Shown piece by piece: positions 1-7,578 of a stretch of DNA of 64,000 nucleotides. The DNA comes from an uncultured virus (IMG/VR IMGVR_UViG_3300024270_000031) (taxonomy: Duplodnaviria; Heunggongvirae; Uroviricota; Caudoviricetes). The notes beneath the pieces were generated by a model. It did no database searches, had not been told where the DNA came from, and was given only the letters and a program-made list of their open reading frames with translations. The position numbers and the translations under genes were made by a program. Where the stretch lies: the IMG/VR virus record IMGVR_UViG_3300024270_000031, positions 1-64,000 of that record. The stretch is one strand, 5' to 3'. Positions within the stretch are counted from its first letter, which is position 1. Every line of letters begins with the position of its first letter.

Positions 1-55
1 TTAAGATTATAGGTACCTATAAGCTACGAGTAAAACAAAGAAGGAATTTTTATAT

Positions 56-173
56 CACGGCATAGTTCATAGTAGAGCACCCAAATCCCAGGGAAGAGAG
101 AAGTGTTGACGTTTCTTGATAGCTACAAGAAACTGAGCTGAAGAGGAGCAGGTCGTGTCTGCTGCCGTGTCCA
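56..173 (+). ncRNA. tRNA-like RNA with enlarged central region
   Basis: Acceptor CACGGCA/TGCCGTG+T+CCA, D-arm-like TAGTTCATAGTAGAGC, degenerate T-arm GCAGG-TCGTG-TCTGC; 118 nt with internal hairpin GTTTCTTG/CAAGAAAC. Confidence 0.55.
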
Positions 174-203
174 TTAATTTAATAATTTAATAAAAAATTA
201 TTC

Positions 204-212
204 GCTAAATTA
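204..212 (+). promoter_or_regulatory. GCTAAATT(A) motif, putative late promoter (copies at ~204, 3982, 7542, 9100, 24396, 26736, 35522, 39898, 48111, 56006, 61544)
   Basis: Recurrent intergenic motif, same orientation, shortly upstream of an RBS/start or a non-coding unit; precedes baseplate and holin-like genes. Confidence 0.7.
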
Positions 213-249
213 ATTAGAATCTAAAAATCTTTTAAAGGAGAAAAATGCT

Positions 250-345
250 ATGTTTAATATTAGTTCGTATAAAGCTATAAAATCAGCCTATGGCCTTGCT
301 ATGCCATTTTTCTCCGATGAAAAAGGATCTTTTTGCCCGCGTTGA
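250..345 (+). CDS. 31-aa small protein
   Basis: AAGGAG RBS, upstream GCTAAATTA motif, downstream terminator; MFNISSYKAIKSAYGLAMPFFSDEKGSFCPR. Confidence 0.4.
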   Translation: MFNISSYKAIKSAYGLAMPFFSDEKGSFCPR

Positions 346-372
346 TATTTTCATGTTTATTAGAAGATAATT

Positions 373-412
373 AACGCTCGGGATTATAAAAAATCTTGAG
401 CGTTTTTCTTTT
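373..412 (+). terminator. Rho-independent terminator
   Basis: AACGCTCGGGATT...AATCTTGAGCGTT followed by T-run. Confidence 0.7.
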
Positions 413-437
413 AAACGTGTTAAATTAGCTTTTTAGT

Positions 438-455
438 ATCGTATAATATAATATC
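438..455 (+). promoter_or_regulatory. YGTATWATATAATA-type motif, putative early/middle promoter (>20 copies, e.g. ~2497, 6893, 8723, 9538, 11697, 15741, 17357, 20049, 21657, 40682, 42256, 45878, 51899, 52941, 57156, 63526)
   Basis: Recurrent intergenic motif containing TATAAT, often directly after terminator hairpins and upstream of an RBS. Confidence 0.75.
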
Positions 456-567
456 TAAGATACTGGTTATAATATCGGCTTGATATATGGCGGCTATATC
501 ATCTTGCGCCCTGCGCCGAGGCGCCCAAAGCACAGTTGTTCACCTTAAGCAACTTCTGTCTATATAT

Positions 568-643
568 GAGCCTGTAGCTCAGCAGGAAGAGCACATGACT
601 TTTAATCATGGGGTCGCGAGTTCGAACCTCGCCAGGCTCACCA
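568..643 (+). tRNA. tRNA-Lys(TTT)
   Basis: Cloverleaf, CATGA-CTTTTAA-TCATG, encoded CCA. Confidence 0.95.
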
Positions 644-663
644 AAACTTTTAGGAGTTTTATT

Positions 664-846
664 ATGTTAGTAAGATATACTTGTAAACATTGTAATGAGA
701 CAAACGAAATCACAAATTTTTGGAAATGGTTTTGGACACCGCATTTTGGAACCAGAAAGCGCCTTCGTTGCAAGGCTTGTGATAAAGTTAGCTATATGAA
801 GCGTCAAGATGGTCGAAAGATTCTCGACTGGTATACAGAAAAATGA
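664..846 (+). CDS. Small zinc-ribbon protein
   Basis: TAGGAG RBS; CKHC...CKAC; true start is internal to the 487..846 ORF, whose 5' part overlaps a tRNA. Confidence 0.7.
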   Translation: MLVRYTCKHCNETNEITNFWKWFWTPHFGTRKRLRCKACDKVSYMKRQDGRKILDWYTEK

Positions 847-996
847 AAACAAATTCTTATAAAAAGTTAACTGTTAAAGAATGTGCTTGGTGTGATTATT
901 ATGGCACTAAGTGCAGAAAGAATAAAAAATGTTCTTTTTATAAGAAGCTTGTTAAAAGCATGCTTAAAAATCGTGCAAGACAAAATAATTTAATAT

Positions 997-1160
997 GGGG
1001 TAGGTAGTGAAGTGGCCAAACACGCGGACTGTAACTCCGTGCTTTACTGTATTGGATTTGCTTGAAAGAACTCGCGACTCTGAATAGTAAGATTCAATCA
1101 AGTTTAGGCGCGCATGTGACTTGTAAAGCTTCGCTGGTTCGAATCCAGCCCTCCCCACCA
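997..1160 (+). tRNA. tRNA-Tyr(GTA)-like with ~87-nt variable arm
   Basis: GCGGA-CTGTAAC-TCCGT anticodon arm, GCTGG-TTCGAAT-CCAGC T-arm, CCA; variable arm closed by GCTTTAC/GTAAAGC. Confidence 0.75.
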
Positions 1161-1164
1161 CTAT

Positions 1165-1253
1165 GTACAAGTAGAGTAGAGGAATCTCAAGACCTCTTCA
1201 CGAAAGTCTTTGCTGAAAAATGCACGTAAGTTCGAATCTTACCTTGTACACCA
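1165..1253 (+). tRNA. Class II tRNA-like RNA with 12-nt anticodon loop
   Basis: GTACAAG/CTTGTAC+A+CCA, AAGAC-CTCTTCACGAAA-GTCTT, variable arm, canonical T-arm. Confidence 0.7.
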
Positions 1254-1695
1254 GGGCAGTTTAAGTAATAACGGTCTGCCGCACCAAAATCCGTAAGGTC
1301 ACGATGGCGTGTCGGTTAACAGCCTGAAGGGAAAGCAAACCTGACTATTAAACAGTTGGTCGGCGATTATCCGACGATAAGCTCGAGATGTCAATATTTA
1401 ATTAGTCTAACAAACTCGCTCGGATAGCACTGATTCGTATACGGAGTGCAAGTAAGGAAGAGTCTATTTAAAGGGGTTCAATTCCTCTGCGGAGCGTTCA
1501 TGCTGCGTTATGGATTGTTAAATAGATAAAGAGATGTTTAACTGCAGAAAACAGAAGCTGGCCTTACCAAGAAGAAATACTTGATACTAAAATCCGACAA
1601 GGAAAATGTCGTAAAGCAACCCGTTTACTCTTTTGGTTAAGTGAAGGCTTAATAAGTTATATGTTCGAGTATGACTGTTAAAAAGGGAGTACTAT

Positions 1696-1781
1696 GCTCG
1701 AGTGGTGTAATGGCAGCCACGGCAGATTCAAAACCTGTTGTCCTTTGTGACGTGTGAGTTCGAGTCTCACCTTGAGCACCA
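1696..1781 (+). tRNA. tRNA-Leu(CAA)
   Basis: Cloverleaf with variable arm, loop TTCAAAA, CCA. Confidence 0.9.
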
Positions 1782-1859
1782 ATAGGGAGTTTACTTGTCA
1801 AATGAAGTCTTGAGGGAGTAAACAGTGTCCAGCTTGGAGGGGAGCTGTGCGATTAATAT

Positions 1860-1953
1860 GGAGGAGTACTCAAGAGGCCGAAGAGATCAGTCTTGAAAAC
1901 TGAGAGGTCGGTGCTGAGCCGGCGCGTGGGTTCGAACCCCACCTCCTCCGCCA
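1860..1953 (+). tRNA. tRNA-Ser(TGA)
   Basis: TCAGT-CTTGAAA-ACTGA, long variable arm, G73, CCA. Confidence 0.95.
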
Positions 1954-1956
1954 TAT

Positions 1957-2033
1957 GCAGGTGTAGCACAACCTGGTGAGTGCGCGCGCCTTATAAGCGC
2001 GTGATGTAGGTTCAAATCCTAACACCTGTACCA
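1957..2033 (+). tRNA. tRNA-Ile(TAT)
   Basis: CGCGC-CTTATAA-GCGCG, cloverleaf, CCA. Confidence 0.9.
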
Positions 2034-2100
2034 AAAATAAACAAGAAAGTAGAGGTATTCATTATGCAATTATGATTTTTAATTAAGGAGTAAAAGCAAA

Positions 2101-2490
2101 ATGAATAACAGACACAAGTATTTCAGAAATCTTCGCTACAAACAGAAGCTCGAAGCTAGCTATGATCAGTGGAATGGTAGATACACTAATGTGTATTTTG
2201 TTACGCAGGAACCTGATCCTCGCTACATCCGTGAAAATGGTTACAAGTATCCTTATAGCTGCTTCTCAGTGTTTAACAAGTACCGTGGCCATGACTTTTA
2301 TCTTACATGGAAACGCCCTGAGGTGCCTTATAGTATCTTAGAGTACAGGCATGGAAAAAGCGGTTGGAAGCAGCTTATGAAGTGCCAGACTGCAAGACGT
2401 AATCGTCGTATTAAAATTACTGAAGACGATACTTCTTGGAGAGCAAAAAGTTTCTATAAAAAGTACGAAGACCGTTGGAATTACGATTAA
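2101..2490 (+). CDS. Hypothetical basic protein
   Basis: AAGGAG RBS, 129-aa ORF. Confidence 0.75.
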   Translation: MNNRHKYFRNLRYKQKLEASYDQWNGRYTNVYFVTQEPDPRYIRENGYKYPYSCFSVFNKYRGHDFYLTWKRPEVPYSILEYRHGKSGWKQLMKCQTARRNRRIKITEDDTSWRAKSFYKKYEDRWNYD

Positions 2491-2613
2491 AAACATTGTA
2501 TTATATAATAAAGCTGAATAGTGAGTAGAAATCCATTCCCGGTATGCCTTCACGTACAGACTTTATCGATCAGGACCTGTACAATCCTATGATAAAGGAA
2601 GGCAGAGATTAGC

Positions 2614-2690
2614 GCAAAGATGGTGTAAGGGGAGCATCTGCAGCGGTTTGAGTGCTGCGGGGATCCGTTCGAATCGGATGAGCGTGCCCA
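2614..2690 (+). pseudogene. Degenerate tRNA-Gln(TTG)-like element
   Basis: D-arm-like TGGTGTAAGGGGAGCAT, 7-bp stem with GGTTTGAGT loop, perfect T-arm and CCA, but unpaired acceptor stem. Confidence 0.45.
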
Positions 2691-2901
2691 ACAAGAAAAT
2701 CTCTTAAAAGTACTGCGAATGAAAAAGATGTGCCCACAAACAAGACATTCCTACTTATTAAATGATGAATATAAAGTAGGCACCTTAGTCTGGGAGTAAA
2801 GATGGAGTGTAATTAATAGACAACTTTTACTTGACGGTGCGCAACGACAGGTAAACACATCTCCTATATCTGAAACTGATATAGTTCGGCTTGTTTTATA
2901 T

Positions 2902-2978
2902 GCCTGGATAGTTCAGTTGGTTAGAACGCCTCCCTCATAAGGAGGAGGTCGGTGGTTCGAATCCACCTCCCGGCACCA
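2902..2978 (+). tRNA. tRNA-Met/Ile2(CAT)
   Basis: CCTCC-CTCATAA-GGAGG, CCA. Confidence 0.9.
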
Positions 2979-3133
2979 AAAGTTAAATACTCAAAATCCT
3001 ATGTAATTCTTATGGCCAGTGTGGTGTGGTTAAAGTACCGTTCGATTCGGTTGTCAAACATAGGGAGCTAAGTTAAACCACATTAACGACTAGTAGTATT
3101 TACTTGAAAATTTAACATCAGCGAGGTAAGTTT

Positions 3134-3424
3134 ATGAGTAGAACTAGGGCTTATACACGTAAAATGAGAGCTAAGGCAATCAAGCGTAAGAAGAGAATTA
3201 CTTCTCATTACCCCGGGTCTGACACCTTCCCTTATTATGCTCATGACGGCATATATTCTAAGAATAAGATTCACTGTTCTTGTAGAATGTGCCGTGGTAA
3301 GGATTATTACGGAAGACATATACCTACCATGCAGGAAAAGCGTAATGGTATTGGTCTAAAGTATCCTACATTATATAATGAAATCAACGCAGGTTTGGCG
3401 GAATTGGCAGACGCGTCAGCTTGA
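3134..3424 (+). CDS. Hypothetical basic protein (HCSCxMC), 3' end overlaps tRNA-Leu
   Basis: GAGG RBS, 96-aa ORF. Confidence 0.65.
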   Translation: MSRTRAYTRKMRAKAIKRKKRITSHYPGSDTFPYYAHDGIYSKNKIHCSCRMCRGKDYYGRHIPTMQEKRNGIGLKYPTLYNEINAGLAELADASA

Positions 3425-3475
3425 GGGGCTGATGGGAGCAATCTCGTGAAGGTTCAAGTCCTTTAACCTGCACCA
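3389..3475 (+). tRNA. tRNA-Leu(GAG)
   Basis: TCAGC-TTGAGGG-GCTGA, variable arm, CCA. Confidence 0.92.
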
Positions 3476-3591
3476 TAACCCTGACGACCGGAAAGTTAAA
3501 TAATAGTGCACATATTATTTAGATTGGTCCTATCCGGCGCCTAAAGATTGTGTGATGAGCAGCGTGGTCCAGATGCTCCAGGGTTTTATAT

Positions 3592-3668
3592 GCGGGATTA
3601 GTGTTTAACGGCTAGCATGTCAGTCTTCCAAACTGAAGGTGAGGGTTCGAATCCCTTATCTCGCTCCA
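3592..3668 (+). tRNA. tRNA-Gly(TCC)
   Basis: TCAGT-CTTCCAA-ACTGA, T73, CCA. Confidence 0.93.
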
Positions 3669-3673
3669 AATAT

Positions 3674-3752
3674 GGTGAGAGTAGTGCAGTTGGCCTAACA
3701 CGTCAGATTGTGGCTCTGAAGATCGCGAGTTCGAATCTCGTCTCTCACCCCA
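3674..3752 (+). tRNA. tRNA-His(GTG), G-1 genomically encoded
   Basis: TCAGA-TTGTGGC-TCTGA; G-1:C73; CCA. Confidence 0.93.
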
Positions 3753-3763
3753 TACTTTAATAT

Positions 3764-3842
3764 GCCTGGGTAGCTCATCTGCGGTCAGAGCGCGGGTCTG
3801 AAAAACCCGAGGTTGCCGGTTCGACTCCAGCCCCAGGCACCA
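3764..3842 (+). tRNA. tRNA-Phe(GAA)
   Basis: CGGGT-CTGAAAA-ACCCG, CCA. Confidence 0.92.
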
Positions 3843-4156
3843 GCATATCCTGGACAAAATCCTAGGTACCAGCGAAACTTCGAATATATTGAATAAGAAG
3901 GCTGAGTCCGTCGGTGCAGAGCAGTACGAGAGGATGACTAACGGGCTACTCTCAAAAATAAAACATTTAGTAAAATTATTTGCTAAATTATACATAAGTC
4001 AGTAAGCAAGTATTAAAAGCTGTTTAAGACAATAACTACTTCGTACGTGGAACACTCGGAGGGCCAACTCTCGCTGTAGCACAAGGTACTACAAAACCAA
4101 GGTTGTGAAATCCACAGAAGCTCCGTGAGGTTGAAACTACTCACCTGACTTTATAT

Positions 4157-4232
4157 GGGCTCATAGCTCAATTGGGAGAGCACTTGCCTTGCAAGCAAGA
4201 GGTCGCGGGTTCGACTCCCGCTGGGTCCACCA
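4157..4232 (+). tRNA. tRNA-Ala(TGC)
   Basis: CTTGC-CTTGCAA-GCAAG, G3:U70, CCA. Confidence 0.95.
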
Positions 4233-4536
4233 TCAGATAGAAACAGACGCTGGAAGATCCGTCTCGGTGCTTTTCGGAGCCCGTCGTCTAGAAGAAGGAC
4301 ACTATCTTTTTGTAATTACAAATGTGGTACCGAGTAAAGCGGACGGCCAAGTAAAAGCAGCTTAGAGCGAATGCCACCTATTGGGGAGCTGTCTTCCTGT
4401 GAAAATTAAACGAAGTATATATGCTGGAATCTTCGGGCGCCTAGAGCTATATGAAGCTTAATTAGTAGCGAATTAGACAGAATCTAAGAGTCATGACCTT
4501 AGAAGTGAGGAGATAACACTATAAACAACCAGTCAT

Positions 4537-4610
4537 GCAGTATTAGTTTAGAGGTAAAACGCGACCTTGCCAAGGTTGAGTCACGAGTTCGAGTCTCGTA
4601 TATTGCTCCA
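4537..4610 (+). tRNA. tRNA-Gly(GCC)
   Basis: CGACC-TTGCCAA-GGTTG, CCA. Confidence 0.92.
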
Positions 4611-4613
4611 AAT

Positions 4614-4688
4614 ACGCGATTGGTGAAAAGGACATCACGTATGGCTACGGACCATAAGTTAGGAGTTCGAGTCTTCTATTGCGTGCCA
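4614..4688 (+). tRNA. tRNA-Arg(ACG)
   Basis: TATGG-CTACGGA-CCATA, CCA. Confidence 0.9.
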
Positions 4689-4691
4689 TTT

Positions 4692-4767
4692 GCGCGATTA
4701 GCTCAGTTGGGAGAGCACCATCCTTACAAGTTGGGGGTCGGCGGTTCGAGACCGTCATCGCGCACCA
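4692..4767 (+). tRNA. tRNA-Val(TAC)
   Basis: Loop CTTACAA, cloverleaf, CCA. Confidence 0.92.
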
Positions 4768-4770
4768 TAT

Positions 4771-4848
4771 GTCGGATTAACTCAGTCGGAATAGAGTAAC
4801 CGCCTTCTAAGCGGTAGGTCAGTAGTTCGAGTCTACTATCCGATGCCA
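4771..4848 (+). tRNA. tRNA-Arg(TCT)
   Basis: ACCGC-CTTCTAA-GCGGT, CCA. Confidence 0.92.
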
Positions 4849-4989
4849 GACCAGCCCGTTTTATACTAGTTTTGACGGATAACAAAGCCGAGTGTAGTGT
4901 GCGAAGAGGTGTTCCTCGGAGAGGTTGCAAACTCAAAGAGTAAGAAAGGTATGTAGCCCACTGGTTGCCAAAATTTTATATTATTTCCT

Positions 4990-5065
4990 CGGGGAGTAGC
5001 TCAGATGGTAGAGCGCGTGGTTTGGGACCATGAGGCCGCAGGTTCGAGACCTGTCTCTCCGACCA
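4990..5065 (+). tRNA. tRNA-Pro(TGG)
   Basis: CGTGG-TTTGGGA-CCATG, CCA. Confidence 0.95.
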
Positions 5066-5104
5066 TGAATTTTATTAAATCTATCATTAGTTAAGGAGGA
5101 GAAT

Positions 5105-5710
5105 ATGTCAAAGCTTTGTACAGAGTGCTATAAGCTGAGATATGGAAGTCTTCCTACTAGCGTTTCTATTAGTCAAGAGCTTGAAGTTTGTGAAAACTGT
5201 GGTAAAGAAGATCAGCTCATTTTAAATGAAGAACAAACTGAAACTTTGACTGTTGCAGAGTGCCAAGTAGAGACTCAAAAGCATATCGAAGCAGTCCGCA
5301 AGTATATCAGATTTATGATCGATAAGATTGAAATGCGCGGCGTTAAGCATGATGCTTCTAAGCTAGAATCTCCTGAAGTAGAAGTATTCGCAGAATACAC
5401 TCCAAAATTAAATAATACAACATTCGGTAGTGAAGAATATTACCAGAATTTAGAAGGTATGAAGTCTGCATTGGATCACCATTATGCTTCCAATAGGCAT
5501 CATCCTGAACATTTTGTAAATGGTATTAATGATATGACTCTTGTAGATATCATTGAAATGTTCTGTGACTGGAAGGCAAGTACCTTAAGACACAATGACG
5601 GTAACCTTCTCAAGAGTATTGAGACTAATGCAGAAAGATTCCATATGGATGGACAACTTAGGCAGATTCTTCTTAATACTGCTAGAATGTTAGATGAGCA
5701 CGAAGATTAA
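5105..5710 (+). CDS. HD-superfamily (DUF5662-like) protein with N-terminal Cys motifs
   Basis: HDASK, LDHHYASNRHHPEH, EMFCDW motifs; CxxC pairs at N-terminus. Confidence 0.7.
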   Translation: MSKLCTECYKLRYGSLPTSVSISQELEVCENCGKEDQLILNEEQTETLTVAECQVETQKHIEAVRKYIRFMIDKIEMRGVKHDASKLESPEVEVFAEYTPKLNNTTFGSEEYYQNLEGMKSALDHHYASNRHHPEHFVNGINDMTLVDIIEMFCDWKASTLRHNDGNLLKSIETNAERFHMDGQLRQILLNTARMLDEHED

Positions 5711-5750
5711 TATAATCTAATGCACAGACAGCCTCTGTGCATTTTGCTTT

Positions 5751-5826
5751 GCACCTTTAGCTCAGTTGGTAGAGCAACTGACTCTTAATCAGTGGGTCCC
5801 GGGTTCGAATCCCTGAAGGTGCACCA
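5751..5826 (+). tRNA. tRNA-Lys(CTT)
   Basis: ACTGA-CTCTTAA-TCAGT, CCA. Confidence 0.95.
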
Positions 5827-6068
5827 AAGTTTGTCCGTAGCTAAGAATAAACGGTCACCGCAAGGGAAGAGGGAAAGCAGCGGTATAAAAGTGGCATCAC
5901 CAAACCTCTACATAGACTTGTATCATATTACAGGGAGGAAGCTAGTAGAGTGAGTCCAAAGGCCGTGACTGTACGACCGTGGTTGAAGCAAGTAGATCTT
6001 TGAGATAGTACGCTAAAAGCAGTCTGAAATACCACTGGCAATGTACTAAAAATTTAGGAGCTTAATAA

Positions 6069-6887
6069 ATGAAAGTGACTGACCGTGCCTTTAGTAATCT
6101 AGTTTCACCTTTTGATGTAAGAGACTATAAGATAGCTGTAACCGCGACTGAATTTCCAGAAACTTTTGTACTTCCTGAGGTTTCGGTAAAAAATCAGGGA
6201 AGCACTGGCAGCTGTGTTGCTCATGCTTGTTCTTCTGTGGTAGAGTTTCATAATAAACGACAGGAAGGTACCGATGTTGTATTTAGTACCGAGTTTATTT
6301 ACGGTTATCGTCCGGCAGGTTATTATGTAGGGGAAGGCATGTATATTCGTAATGCTCTTAAGACTTTACGTGAAATAGGCGATTGTCCTGTTGCGGACCT
6401 TAAGGGAAATCATAAATGTCCAGAAGCTATAAAAGCTGTCGAAGCGAGACTTGAAGAACTTAAAGACAAAGCTTACCCACATAGAATTTCTACTTATGCA
6501 AAAGTTAATTCTGTTGAAGAGATTAAGCAGGCGTTAATGGATTTTGGTTATGTAGTAATTTCTATGCCATGGTATAAGGACTACAAGCTTAAGAATGGAG
6601 TATATTCTCACAGTTCTGATGAGACAAGTGGTTACCATTGTATGGTTATTTATGGCTGGAGTGAAGAAGGTTGGCTTGTTCACAATAGTTGGGGTTCTAG
6701 CTGGGGTAAAAAAGGTAGATTTATTATGCCATTTGACTTTAAATGGCGTGAAGCCTGGGCAGTAACTGATGAGATCAAAGGCGAAGGAGATGTTATCAGA
6801 CCTGAAGATAGCTGGTTTGTAAAAACTTTTGCGCCTATTATTAATGCTATTGCAAACTTCTTTAGAAAGCTCTTTAAAAAGATTTAA
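6069..6887 (+). CDS. Papain-like cysteine peptidase (C1 family)
   Basis: QGSTGSCVAHA, GYHCMVIYGW, NSWGSSWGKKG. Confidence 0.9.
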   Translation: MKVTDRAFSNLVSPFDVRDYKIAVTATEFPETFVLPEVSVKNQGSTGSCVAHACSSVVEFHNKRQEGTDVVFSTEFIYGYRPAGYYVGEGMYIRNALKTLREIGDCPVADLKGNHKCPEAIKAVEARLEELKDKAYPHRISTYAKVNSVEEIKQALMDFGYVVISMPWYKDYKLKNGVYSHSSDETSGYHCMVIYGWSEEGWLVHNSWGSSWGKKGRFIMPFDFKWREAWAVTDEIKGEGDVIRPEDSWFVKTFAPIINAIANFFRKLFKKI

Positions 6888-7085
6888 GATATATCGTATT
6901 ATATAATATATAAATATAAACACCGTTATTGCAGTTCAATTCTGCACTCAGGGGTTCATTCTCGTGGAGTTATTTAGGTTAAAAGCGAGAAGGGCGTGGT
7001 TCGATTCCACTAGGGTATGAGGTAAATAACGAAAACCTAATTTTTATGATAAAATTTAAAAAATATATTGTATAATATATTATAT

Positions 7086-7176
7086 GGAGGAGTACTCAAG
7101 CTGGTCAAGAGGACGCACTGCTAACGCGTTAGGCCGGTAACACGGTGCGTGGGTTCGAACCCCACCTCCTCCGCCA
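7086..7176 (+). tRNA. tRNA-Ser(GCT)
   Basis: Loop CTGCTAA, long variable arm, CCA. Confidence 0.93.
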
Positions 7177-7186
7177 AGTTTAATAT

Positions 7187-7270
7187 GGGTCAGTCGCATA
7201 GCGGCAATTGCAGTGGACTGTAAATCCGCCGCCTCAGGCTTCGTTGGTTCGAGTCCAACCTGGCCCACCA
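7187..7270 (+). tRNA. tRNA-Tyr(GTA)
   Basis: GTGGA-CTGTAAA-TCCGC, CCA. Confidence 0.95.
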
Positions 7271-7276
7271 TTATAT

Positions 7277-7466
7277 TGCTAAGAAGGGCAAAGAATCGAG
7301 CTCGGCAGGCATCATAACCTGTGACAACGTTGTAGATAAGTTCGAAGGTATCTCGAGTAGAATAGAAAACTATCTACTGGAATCAAAATAATAACTAGAT
7401 GAAAAACTCTACGGAACTATTCAATGATGAGTTTAAAAGAAGGTGTGAGTCCTTCCTTAGCGACCA
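7277..7466 (+). ncRNA. tRNA-Met(CAT)-like RNA with ~115-nt insertion in the variable region
   Basis: TGCTAAG/CTTAGCG+A+CCA, D-arm GGGC/GCTC, GCAGG-CATCATAA-CCTGT, T-arm GAAGG-TGTGAGT-CCTTC. Confidence 0.65.
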
Positions 7467-7578
7467 ATTTAATATGTATTTAAGACATTGAAACTGGTAA
7501 ACACGCAGTTCAACTTTTTTGAAAGTTCTCCAAAAATATTTGCTAAATTTAATGATGCAAATAAAGGAGATATTTAAA

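Noticed and set aside
1254..1330. Theta/HDV-like ribozyme after tRNA CCA
   Set aside because: GGCAG/CTGCC encloses too few nucleotides for the nested P2/P3/L3 topology by manual inspection; would need a motif search
1537..1680. tmRNA (TTAACTGCAGAAAAC resembles a resume context)
   Set aside because: No alanyl tRNA-like ends, and the frame does not end in a short Ala-Ala type tag
3480..3585. Hammerhead ribozyme (CTGACGA...GAAA)
   Set aside because: Could not build stems I-III in the required order around the core
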